Assembly: GCA_963711565.1 (NCBI GenBank)
Contig: CAVQEQ010000003.1
Span: 224,001-288,000 of the forward strand
Length of the DNA stretch: 64,000 nt
Direction: 5' to 3'
DNA from: an uncultured delta proteobacterium
Lineage (GTDB): Bacteria; Desulfobacterota; Binatia; Binatales; Binataceae
Shown here in pieces: positions 19,021 to 28,416 of the stretch. A model generated the notes under the pieces. That model had not been told where the DNA came from. It did no database searches and saw only the letters and a program-made list of their open reading frames with translations. Numbering within the stretch: position 1 is the first letter of the stretch; the number at the start of each line of letters is the position of its first letter. Made by a program: the position numbers and the translations under genes.

Positions 19021-20013
19021 TCAGGCTGAGATGCCTCCTAGGCTGGAAGTGCTTTGTTGGCTAAATTGACTTAGCCAATTCTGAGCCGAACTGGATTGTG
19101 TCGCGGAGCCAGAAGATGTAAGCATACCAAATAGTTGTTGTAATTCCGCGATCAACTCAGTGTCTGTCGAAGGCGTAGAGTTTGTACTGGAGTCTGTAGA
19201 AGACGTAGAGTCTGTAGAAGACGTAGAACCTGTATTAGAGGATGTTGTATCAGTTGAAGCACTCGTGCTGGAAGTTGAGTTGCCTGATGTCGCGCTGTCA
19301 GTCGCATCCGCTCCGGAAGAAAGTGCATTAACCAACTGCTGTAACGCCGCGATCAGATTAGCATCGCTAGAAGAAGTAGTGTTTGCACCAGTTGAAGCAC
19401 CTGGGCTGGAAGCTGCTGCGGTTGATGTGGTGCTATCGGTATTGTTATCAGCCATCGTCGGCGGTGGCGGCATCATGCCGGGTGGCATTCCCTGCATCAT
19501 TGCGGAGGCCAGCTGACTTTCCGTTATCGAGTCAGAGTTACTGTTTCCGCTGATTGCGGAAAACATCGTGTCCGCTTCCGCCTGAGTGCCTCCGTTGTTC
19601 TCGATGAAGCTTTCAAACTCCGTTTTTGAAACGCTGCCATCGCCATTGGTATCCATCGCAGCGTACAGTTGCTGAGCAGGCGATTGCTGCGTGGATGTGC
19701 CGGAAGTGCTGCTGGTGGAATCACTATTACCGCTTGCGTTGGTGGTGCTGCTACTCGTAGCGGATGTACTGGAATCTTCCTCCTGCAATTGCAGAAGAAG
19801 ATCCATGATAGCGCCACTGATCTGTGTCGTGCCGCCAGTATAGCCCTGTGCCTGCGTTGTTGAGCTGTCACTGGCGCCGGCGGCACTACAGGTACTTGTA
19901 GACTCGGCGTCAGAATCGCTATCGGTTTCTGATGCTTGATCGAGTTGGCCGTAAAGCTGCGAGAGTACCTGACTAAGGTTGATTGAACCGGAAGTTATGG
20001 AATCGATGGACAT
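19021..20013 (-). CDS. Ser/Thr-rich acidic EF-hand protein
   Basis: DTNGDGSVSKTEF EF-hand loop; GGAGG RBS; low-complexity S/T tracts. Confidence 0.85.
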   Translation of the reverse strand: MSIDSITSGSINLSQVLSQLYGQLDQASETDSDSDAESTSTCSAAGASDSSTTQAQGYTGGTTQISGAIMDLLLQLQEEDSSTSATSSSTTNASGNSDSTSSTSGTSTQQSPAQQLYAAMDTNGDGSVSKTEFESFIENNGGTQAEADTMFSAISGNSNSDSITESQLASAMMQGMPPGMMPPPPTMADNNTDSTTSTAAASSPGASTGANTTSSSDANLIAALQQLVNALSSGADATDSATSGNSTSSTSASTDTTSSNTGSTSSTDSTSSTDSSTNSTPSTDTELIAELQQLFGMLTSSGSATQSSSAQNWLSQFSQQSTSSLGGISA

Positions 20014-20597
20014 GGCTCTGCCTCCGTTGGAACGATGGATATATGCGCCGACCAAACTTCTCGGGCAGGTGCAAGGCTGCGAGCAGTCAGACGATCCTCG
20101 TCCGACAGGGTCCTCTCGAGGCATCATGGGCAAATTTCGTGCCGCAGAAATGTACGTGTGAAATCATGCGCGTAGAGTTTTTGAAGCGGCAACCACAATC
20201 CGAGTTCTGGCAAAATGTGCCGCGCGATTTCTGAGGTGGTTCACTTTCCGGCTATTGTTGTTCATGAAAGGGGTGTGTGTTGCTGGCGCCCGCGTAACAT
20301 TTATGTCGATGCGACACACAATCAAATAAGTGCGCAAGAAAAGTGGATTCCACCTTGGTGGTCTAAACAACGCGCCAGGCTTCAATGCATACTAACTAGG
20401 CATTTGGTGTTATCGGCAGGTTTATCACGGCAATGGCAAACGACTAGGCAAATCAGGCTTAGTGTCAGCTTACTCAGCTTTGCTCTTTCCTACTAAGCGT
20501 TTGATTTACTTGATGTGTGGGCTTGGCAACAGTCTTGCTGCGGTTCACTCAAGGTATGTGTGTGCCAGGACTGTGGCATTTTGAGAGGGAGCGAAGC

Positions 20598-20726
20598 ATG
20601 AACATTGAAAGCGCGGATGAGTATTACCTCACCGACCCCGAGCCGCTTGAAACATACGAACTGCTCGACTGCACTGACATAAATGCTCTTAACGAGTGTC
20701 TAGATCGGGCGCACATGCCAGATTGA
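20598..20726 (+). CDS. 42-aa acidic peptide (paralog of 54523-54642)
   Basis: GAGGGAG RBS; LTDPEPLETYEL...ALNECLDR. Confidence 0.6.
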   Translation: MNIESADEYYLTDPEPLETYELLDCTDINALNECLDRAHMPD

Positions 20727-20798
20727 GCAAATGCGCCAGAGCAAGAGTTCATCATATCGGCAACGATACGATGATTTAGGGAAGGAAGGAACGAGACC

Positions 20799-21605
20799 AT
20801 GACGATCAGCGAAATCTCCTACAGTACCGCTACTTCGGCGGGAACCTCTGCTAGCAGCGCCGCCAGCAGCGCCACGACCAGCGCCTCTGGCAGCGCGACA
20901 TCTAATCCTCTGGCGTCGCTGAGTGACGATTTCAACACATTTCTGCAATTGCTAACTACGCAGTTGCAGAACCAGGACCCGCTCTCGCCTGAAGATCCGG
21001 ATCAGTTCACCCAGGAACTCGTTGAAATGACGGGCGTCGAACAACAGATCACCGGCAATGGCGATCTCAGCCAACTCGTTACTCTTTCGCAAAGCAACGC
21101 CTCGGCAACCTATATGGGTTTTATTGGCCAGACGGTCACCACGCCCAGCAGTCAGATTGCGCTCGAAAATGGCTCCGCCCAGTTCTCCTATACCCTGCCA
21201 AGCGAAGCCTCCAACGTGACCATCTCGATAGAAGACAGCAACGGCAACACGGTCGCAACTCTAACGCCTGGCAGCGATGCCGCCGGCACGTATGACAAGA
21301 ATTGGGACGGCACCTCCGATAGTGGCACCACGGAATCGAGTGGCAGCTACACAGTCAGCGTCTCCGCCACGGACGCAAACGGTGACGCGATTAGCAGCAC
21401 TTCGACCCAAATCATCGGAACCGTCACCGGCGTACAAACCAGTTCGTCGGGCTCGGCCATACTCGATATCGGCCCGGTTTCGGTTGCAGCCAGCTCTGTG
21501 ACCGATGTCGGCAGCGACACCAGCACAACGAGCACCACCACTACGAGCAGCGCCGTCAGTACTCTGGCAAGCCAGCTTACCAGCGATCTTGAGAGCGATC
21601 TCTAG
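20799..21605 (+). CDS. flgD: flagellar hook capping protein FlgD (orphan)
   Basis: FLQLLTTQLQNQDPLSP...FTQEL...VEQQ, then an FlgD Ig-like domain with WDG. Confidence 0.92.
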   Translation: MTISEISYSTATSAGTSASSAASSATTSASGSATSNPLASLSDDFNTFLQLLTTQLQNQDPLSPEDPDQFTQELVEMTGVEQQITGNGDLSQLVTLSQSNASATYMGFIGQTVTTPSSQIALENGSAQFSYTLPSEASNVTISIEDSNGNTVATLTPGSDAAGTYDKNWDGTSDSGTTESSGSYTVSVSATDANGDAISSTSTQIIGTVTGVQTSSSGSAILDIGPVSVAASSVTDVGSDTSTTSTTTTSSAVSTLASQLTSDLESDL

Positions 21606-21660
21606 CAGTCTAGTTCAGCACTGTCCTCTCGGCCATCAACTTATACGATCAACAACATCG

Positions 21661-22140
21661 CTACTGCAGTTGGAGATCGAAAGTTCCTTTGCCATTGCAG
21701 TGCTTATGATTTCCCTTGACCAGAAACGTGCCCGACATCGTGTCACCGTCAACCGTCGCCATGACGGCAGCGGTGCATTTGTGCTCGGTTCCACCGGTAG
21801 TATGAAACGTAAGCGTAAGGTCGTTTCCAGAGATTTTGCCTGCGAGTTTTCCGACAGGCGTCTCGTCGCCGGCCGTTATGCTGAACGTACCGTCGATCGT
21901 TTTTTTATGCTGAGTAAGATCCAGGGTCATAGGACCTGAGCCGCTTCCTTGGTCACCTTCGTCCAGAGTGTCAGTGCCACTCCAAGTACCCGCGACTTGT
22001 GTGATCGGCCCCGTCTCCCTCGCCTCGTACGTGCTTGATTCGTCAGCGTCCTGAGCACGGCCTGCGGTCTGGCAAAGCACCGCCAACAGCATCGACGCGG
22101 CGGCGAGGGTGGCTGGAACAAGTGTGATGGGGAACTTCAT
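21661..22140 (-). CDS. secreted hypothetical beta-rich protein
   Basis: Signal peptide; VAGTWSG; one Cys pair. Confidence 0.7.
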   Translation of the reverse strand: MKFPITLVPATLAAASMLLAVLCQTAGRAQDADESSTYEARETGPITQVAGTWSGTDTLDEGDQGSGSGPMTLDLTQHKKTIDGTFSITAGDETPVGKLAGKISGNDLTLTFHTTGGTEHKCTAAVMATVDGDTMSGTFLVKGNHKHCNGKGTFDLQLQ

Positions 22141-22200
22141 CTAATTCTTACCGAGTTTAACCTGCTCAAAGGCAGAGACATGCAACCGTTGAGAATCGCG

Positions 22201-22404
22201 CTACTTCTCAGCGCTGAAACAAGGCGTTACAACGCTACCGGATGTGTTGGCATCACTGCTTATCTGCGTCCTATAAGCCTTACAATCGGATTCAGCCTTA
22301 AAAGGTCCGACCTGAGTGAACGGAGCATAGCCGGTGTTCCAGCTAATCAGAAAGTACCAAACAAACACGAGCGCTGTGGCATTGCGTAGGAGTTTCGTCT
22401 TCAT
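22201..22404 (-). CDS. small secreted/membrane hypothetical protein
   Basis: GAGG RBS; hydrophobic N-terminus; GPF....DC...C pattern. Confidence 0.55.
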   Translation of the reverse strand: MKTKLLRNATALVFVWYFLISWNTGYAPFTQVGPFKAESDCKAYRTQISSDANTSGSVVTPCFSAEK

Positions 22405-22510
22405 TCTTCCTCTTGTTGCTGCGTTGCAATTTTAAGACTGGTAGAAGAGGTCCTTCGGCCGATTTGGGAGAATTTTAGATTTTGCCTCCAGGGGATACTT
22501 ACCACCAACA

Positions 22511-24908
22511 TCAATGCAGGGGGGGAACCTCGGTCGTGTTGAACGGCGTATCGCCGCTGTTAGAAGTGCCCGGTTCCGCGGCTCCACTGTCTGGCTCCGT
22601 GCTTGGAGGAGCATCGTACGGAGCATTCAAGTCGGCCGCAGGCGGAACAGGAATAGAAAAGCTCGGCTTGTAGAGCTCGCGGATCTGCGAAGCAGGCATA
22701 TCGTGAATCTCTTTGCGGCCTAGCGAGCTGACCAACTTCTGGCGTTCGTCCAGAGCTAGTGAGCGGAGATCCGATTTGGTGCGAATGATGTGTGGAGTAA
22801 CGAATACGATGAGATTCGTCTTATCCTTTTCTTTGGACTTGTCCGAGAACAGATTCCCGATGACCGGTACTTCGGAAAGAAACGGAATGCCTTGGTTGGT
22901 ATTCTCGTCGTCGCTCAAGAGTAGGCCGCCAATCACGGCAGTCCGATGATCCTGTACGTAGATGGTCGTCGACGCGGACCGCAGAGTCGTGGTTGGGCCG
23001 TTGGTATTGTTCGCCGTTCCGCTCACAACATTTGACACTTCCTCGTACATATCAATCTTCACGTAGTCGCCGGATGTGACTTGAGGAACCACGTCGAGTG
23101 TGATGCCCACGTTCTGCCTCTGCACGGAGTTGAATATTTCCCCCGAAACCGCTGAATTGGCCGATGACGATGAAACAAAAGGCAGGTTCTCGCCGACCAC
23201 GATCATTGCCTCTTCGTTGTCTGCCGTAAGCAGGGTCGGGGCAGAAAGCACATTCGAATGTGTATCTGCCTGGAGAGCATTAATTAACGCCACGTCACAT
23301 GGAACGGTGACGTAGTCCGAACTACTCGACGAAGTGCTACTCGAACTTGAGGAGGTTGACACTTTGCATTTGCTTCCCGATGCGATTCCGAAACTCAGGC
23401 CAGTTAGCGACAGGGGATCGGTAAGTGCGCTCGACAGGGTGCCGAAGTTCAGCGATCCGACTCCGATCGCACTTCCGCCACCAGCGGCAGCGTTATATTG
23501 AACGCCAAGTTCTCGCTGATGCTGCTGGGAAATCTCGACAATGATGGCCTGTATGAACACCTGCACGCGGGGAACGTCGAGCTCATCTATGACTTGTCGC
23601 AGCGTCTGCCAATCCTGTGGCGCGGCGGTTACCACCAACGCATTGGTCGCGGGATCTGCCGCGATGTTAACCGGATAGCTGAAGTCCATGCTCTTCCCGC
23701 TACTGCTGGCCGTTGCAGACCCGCTGCTGGCGTTCGACGAACCGCCCCCGCGCATCCCACCGAAACCACCGCTCCCGCCGGTTCCGCCCAAGCTGCCGCC
23801 ACCGCTTGTGCTGCCGAAGCTGGAGCTGCCGGACGTGCTGCTGCCACCGAGTCCACTCATCCCGCCGAATCCGGAGTTACCGTTGGAAGCGTCGTTGAAG
23901 CTGGAGCGGCCAAGGGATCCCTTGCCGGTGGTGGGCGAGAGCGTAGTTGGACCGCTACCGCCGTTGAGAAGGTTGTTGAGCACCTGGACCATCTCGAGCG
24001 CTTGCGCGTTCTTGAGTCGATAGACGTGGATACGCGAGGTGGCCAAGGGAGGATTGACGTTCGAGCTTCTGCACGATTTCCTGGATCTCGCGCATCTGCA
24101 CCGGCGGCGCGGCCACGATGAGGCAATTGGTGCGCTCGTCAGGAATCACTTTGTAACCCATGGCTGTACCGGTGCTCGAGGGCGCTACGCCCATTTGGGG
24201 CCGTATCCCTGTCTGCGAGGCGCCGGAGGTGCCGCCCATCTTGGCGGTCATAAGCGCGTCGATCTCGGGCGCGAGCTCGGTGGCAAATGCGAGCTTGAGC
24301 GGAATAACGACAATGGACTGCTGCTCGCCGCGCACGTCGAGGCTGCCGATGATGTCGAGCAGGCGCTCAACGTTATAGGCGTCGTCGGTGACGATAATCG
24401 TGTTGTCTTGCGGAAATGCGGCAATCAGGCCGTCGTGCGAGACCATCGGCTGTATCGCGCTGATGACGGAAGCGGCGTCGATATTCTTAAGCCGCACCAT
24501 CCGCGTGACGTACTCGTCGCCAGTACCTTGGGAGGGAGTTTGCGACTCGGTAAGCTCGGCTGACGAGCGGACATTGCGGGCGGGAACGATTTTGATGATT
24601 TTGCCAGCTTGTACGGTCGTGAAACCCTTCACCTGCAGGACCGACTGAAAGATTGAATAAGCTTGCTCGGGCGTGACCTTGCTCGGCGAGATGATGGTGA
24701 CTTTGCCGCGCACGGATTCATCGATGATGAAATTGCGGCCGGTGATCTCACTGATGAATTTGGCCAACACGGGAATATCCACGTTTTGGAAGTTCATCGT
24801 AATTGTGTTGTTGGGCGAGAGCGGTTGAGTATCGGCAGCTTCGGACCCAAGCGCTATCAAACCAAGTAATACAGTCGCGACTGTAGCCCGGAAAAAAAGG
24901 CTCGTCAT
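22511..24908 (-). pseudogene. gspD: type II secretion secretin GspD, one-base frameshift at 24060-24061
   Basis: ITMNFQNVDI N0 domain and secretin domain (LDVPRVQVFIQAIIVEI, SAPTLLT.DNEEA, GIPFLSEVPVIG) are split across two frames; CTC GAAC GTC would read CTC GAC GTC if intact. Confidence 0.92.
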
Positions 24909-24999
24909 AAAAACATCTCCACCTTGCTGAGAAGCGCTTCGGTGCTTTTGGTTGACGCCTGCTCGAAGGCGCACCTTCACTTCACCGCTTCGAGTTGGG

Positions 25000-25027
25000 A
25001 GACGCGCGCGATCGCAGAAAGTTGCGC
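25000..25027 (-). promoter_or_regulatory. ECF-type promoter upstream of gspD
   Basis: GCGCAACTTT-N13-CGTCT, with boxes identical to those upstream of ECF2. Confidence 0.75.
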
Positions 25028-25174
25028 AGCAAAATTCTGAAAGGGCCGAGCGAGACAATTTTGGGGAAAATGGTGCGATTGAGCCTCGGTGGCCGTGACA
25101 GGACTTAATCAACGCCGCGGGGATTCGAGTCCACCGACCAGTTTTTGGTCACGGGCGGTCGCGCACGCGCAGCA

Positions 25175-25202
25175 GCGCAACTAAATCATCTTTGGAGCGT
25201 CA
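25175..25202 (+). promoter_or_regulatory. ECF-type promoter upstream of the HTH-tolC-macA-macB operon
   Basis: GCGCAACTAA-N13-CGTCA. Confidence 0.7.
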
Positions 25203-25528
25203 TGCATTCTGATCGTGGAGCGGCGACAAATGAGATTCCGCGGCAACTACCAGGACAACGAAACGTGACCAATCCCGGTTTACGACAATCACATTCGATC
25301 TGGACGGTGCGCGATGTCGTAACATATTTGCGAATCAGTAAGAGCGAGATTTATCGGATGGCGAAACGGGGGGCATTGCCTTGCTTTCGCATCGGCGGAC
25401 AACTGCGGTTCCCAGCCAGCGAAATAGTGAAGTGGTCGAGCGAGTCGAGCGAAGAAAAGAAATCTACAAAGACGGCAGAAATTAAATCGGCCGAGTTCCT
25501 GAGCGGAATCGTGGCAAAGTACCTTTGA
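25202..25528 (+). CDS. excisionase-like (HTH_17) DNA-binding protein
   Basis: WTVRDVVTYLRISKSEIYRMAKRGALPCFRIGGQLRF; start uncertain (GTG at 25265 possible). Confidence 0.8.
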   Translation: MHSDRGAATNEIPRQLPGQRNVTNPGLRQSHSIWTVRDVVTYLRISKSEIYRMAKRGALPCFRIGGQLRFPASEIVKWSSESSEEKKSTKTAEIKSAEFLSGIVAKYL

Positions 25529-27084
25529 ACAACGGTCGCTTAAACAGAGACTGCAGTTTCTCGCACCGCCGCACAACGCGAGTGCCTGATCGGTTCCAGG
25601 CGCCAGCCGTTGCACGGGCTCTGTTGGCCGTATTTGGCGTGTTCTGGGGCTGCGCGGTTGGTCCAAACTACCGGCAGCCAAAGGTTCCGGTGGAGTCCGG
25701 ATGGAGCGAAGCGGCCTCGAACAAGAATGCCGCCCCCAGCCAAACCGGTCCCGATCAATGGTGGCTGGTATTCAAAGACCCAAAGCTTAATTCGTTGGTA
25801 GAGCGCGCAATCAAAGCCAATCTAGATCTTCAGTTAGCGGAAGCGCGGATTCATGAAGCACGCGCGACCCGGCAGATCGAGGCCGCACCTTTGTGGCCTG
25901 AGTTGGATGCGACCAGCTCTTTCTCGCGAACTTTACAGAGTCAGAATCAGACTCAGAACGCGGGCGTCTCGCTTTCAACAGGCTTCGCCATTTCAAATCA
26001 ACCCATGAATCTTTACGAGTCAGGCTTCGATGCAAGCTGGGAGATTGACGTCTTCGGTGGAACGCGGCGCTCGGTTGAATCCGCCCAGGACAGCCTCGAG
26101 GCCTCAATTTACGACCGCAATGATGTGCTCCTGACGCTGCTCGGCGAAGTGGCGAGCGGCTACATCGATTTACGCTCCTATCAAACGCAACTGGAGGTCA
26201 CCCGGAACAATCTTGCTGCGCAAACCGGCACGCTCAAGCTGACACGTGCCCGTTATGAAGGCGGCCTCGCCAGCGACCTCGACGTCGCGCAGCAGGAAGC
26301 ACAGGTCGCGGCAACCGCGTCGGAGATTCCGACCCTGGAAACCTCATGCCGTCAATCGATTCACTCGCTTGGTACTTTGCTTGGCGAGCAACCAGACGCT
26401 CTGTCGGAGGAATTGAGTTCGCCCGCGGCAATTCCGATTGCTCCATCGAAATTGCCGATCGGGCTGCCGTCGGAACTGTTGCGCCGGCGCCCCGATATAC
26501 GCCGCGACGAAAGAAAGCTGGCGGCCACGGTCGCCAATATTGGCGTGGCCACGGCAGACCTCTTTCCCAAGTTTTCTCTGACCGGCGCCACGCAGTTGCA
26601 AAGTATTAGCGTAAACACTCTGCTCTCCGAAGGAAGCATCTACTGGACTTTCGGACCAACCGTCACATGGCCGATCTTTGAGGGTGGTGAGATACTCGGC
26701 AACATCGACAAGGCCGATGCGCAGAGAGACGAAGCTCTCATCACCTACCAGCAGACGATCCTCAATGCGCTCGAAGAGGTGGAAAACGAAATCGTCGCAT
26801 TCAGTCACGAGCGCGAGCGCTACCAGTATCTGTTTACAGAGGTCAGCGCGAGCCAGCGAGCGCTCGATCTTTCGACCGAGCTTTATCTCGGTGGTCTGAA
26901 GAACTTCCTTGATGTTCTCGATGCACAACGCACCTTGCTCACGTCTGAGAACGACCTGGCCACCAGCCAGGCGGCGGTGTCGAAAGATCTGGTAGCGCTG
27001 GACAAAGCTTTAGGTGGCGGATGGCAGGGTTCCCAGTACGACGCGAGCCAACCGCTGCCCGCAGTCAAAGTGATGGATGATTAG
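25525..27084 (+). CDS. NodT/TolC-family efflux outer membrane lipoprotein
   Basis: GCAVGPNY lipobox, ASWEIDVFG, LPSELLRRRPDI, KALGGGW. Confidence 0.95.
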   Translation: MNNGRLNRDCSFSHRRTTRVPDRFQAPAVARALLAVFGVFWGCAVGPNYRQPKVPVESGWSEAASNKNAAPSQTGPDQWWLVFKDPKLNSLVERAIKANLDLQLAEARIHEARATRQIEAAPLWPELDATSSFSRTLQSQNQTQNAGVSLSTGFAISNQPMNLYESGFDASWEIDVFGGTRRSVESAQDSLEASIYDRNDVLLTLLGEVASGYIDLRSYQTQLEVTRNNLAAQTGTLKLTRARYEGGLASDLDVAQQEAQVAATASEIPTLETSCRQSIHSLGTLLGEQPDALSEELSSPAAIPIAPSKLPIGLPSELLRRRPDIRRDERKLAATVANIGVATADLFPKFSLTGATQLQSISVNTLLSEGSIYWTFGPTVTWPIFEGGEILGNIDKADAQRDEALITYQQTILNALEEVENEIVAFSHERERYQYLFTEVSASQRALDLSTELYLGGLKNFLDVLDAQRTLLTSENDLATSQAAVSKDLVALDKALGGGWQGSQYDASQPLPAVKVMDD

Positions 27085-27111
27085 CGCGTCACGCCCGGAG
27101 GCAGTGAGAAA

Positions 27112-28416
27112 ATGGACCAGGTCGATACAACTCACAACGGCGGAGGCAGCCCGTCGCAAAGGAGTACTAGCGCGCCGGGCGAAAGCAACTCGCATCGCGG
27201 CGTGATCATCAATTCCAAGAGATCGCGCTCCCGCCGCAAACTTACATTTCTGGCCCTCGGCATCGGAGTGATGGCGATCGCTTCGACCTTGATGATTCAG
27301 CGGCACAATCAGAACACCGACGCTCAGGGCTGGACGACCGCCAAAATCTCAACCGGTTCGATCGTTCGTGTCGTCACGGCGACGGGAACCGTCGATCCCG
27401 TAATTACGGTCGAGGTCGGCACATACGTGTCCGGTCCGATAACCGCGATTTATGCCGACTACAACGCCTCAGTTAAGGCGGGGCAGCTCATCGCCAAGAT
27501 CGATCCGCGGCCGTTTCAAGTGAAAGTTGATGAGGCTGCGGCATCGCTGGCCAATGCGACCGCACAACTCCACAAGGACATCGCCGACGAGAAGTACAAA
27601 AGTGTCGCGTACCGGCGAGATGCCAAGCTCCTCAAACAGAAGGCTGTGTCTCAGGACGCACTCGACAGCGCCCAAAGCGCATCTGAGCAGGCGACCGCTC
27701 AAATCGAGCTCGACCGCGCGACGATTCAGCAGCAGCAGGCAAATTTGAGAGATGCGGAACTGAATCTCAAATACACCGACATTGTTTCTCCGGTCAGCGG
27801 CACGGTCATCGCGCGCGAGGTGGACGTCGGCCAGACAGTCGCGGCAAGTCTTCAGACGCCCACGCTTTTTCTAATTGCCAAGGATTTGACCAAGATGCAG
27901 GTCGATTCGAACGTAAGCGAAGCCGACATCGGAGAGGTGCGTGCCGGACAGAAGGCGAAATTCACGGTAGATGCCTATGACCGCAGCTTCGAAGGAGTGG
28001 TCAGGCAAGTCCGCCAAAACCCAAGCACGACTCAAAACGTCGTCACGTATGACGTGGTCGTCTCTGCTGACAATCCGCAAATGCTGCTGGCGCCAGGCAT
28101 GACCGCGAATGTCAAAATCATCACGCAGGAGCGCACCAATGTACTGCGTGTGCCGCTGCAGGCGATCAAGTATGAGTCCGTCGGCACATCTCTGGACCGC
28201 GACGAATCGGCGCCGGAAAACCTCCAGGCTTTTCTGTGGATCCCGGACGGTGCGGAGCGAAAACGCTTGCCGGTGCAGACTGGGGTTCGCGACGCGAAAT
28301 TCGCAGAGATAATCAGCGACCGCATTCACCCTGGCGCCACCATCCTGATCGAACCGGCGGCGCAGTCCGAAACGAATTCCGCCAACCAGCCGCCTGGGCC
28401 TCCGGGAATGATGTGA
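27112..28416 (+). CDS. MacA-like membrane fusion protein
   Basis: ATGTV.P...VEVGT.VSG, SPVSGTVI.R.VDVGQTVAASLQTPTLF, PGMTANV. Confidence 0.95.
   Translation: MDQVDTTHNGGGSPSQRSTSAPGESNSHRGVIINSKRSRSRRKLTFLALGIGVMAIASTLMIQRHNQNTDAQGWTTAKISTGSIVRVVTATGTVDPVITVEVGTYVSGPITAIYADYNASVKAGQLIAKIDPRPFQVKVDEAAASLANATAQLHKDIADEKYKSVAYRRDAKLLKQKAVSQDALDSAQSASEQATAQIELDRATIQQQQANLRDAELNLKYTDIVSPVSGTVIAREVDVGQTVAASLQTPTLFLIAKDLTKMQVDSNVSEADIGEVRAGQKAKFTVDAYDRSFEGVVRQVRQNPSTTQNVVTYDVVVSADNPQMLLAPGMTANVKIITQERTNVLRVPLQAIKYESVGTSLDRDESAPENLQAFLWIPDGAERKRLPVQTGVRDAKFAEIISDRIHPGATILIEPAAQSETNSANQPPGPPGMM

Noticed and set aside
19190-19230. 18-bp tandem repeat
   Set aside because: Encodes STSSTD low-complexity units inside the EF-hand gene.
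20410-20417. GCCGATAA sigma-28 -10 box on the minus strand near flgD
   Set aside because: No TAAA -35 box at the right spacing, and it points away from flgD.
22511-24908. Programmed frameshift in gspD
   Set aside because: No slippery heptamer or long homopolymer at the break; an indel error or mutation is simpler.
25202-25528. Excisionase marking a prophage or island end
   Set aside because: No integrase or att site nearby; it is coupled to the efflux operon and is more likely a regulator.
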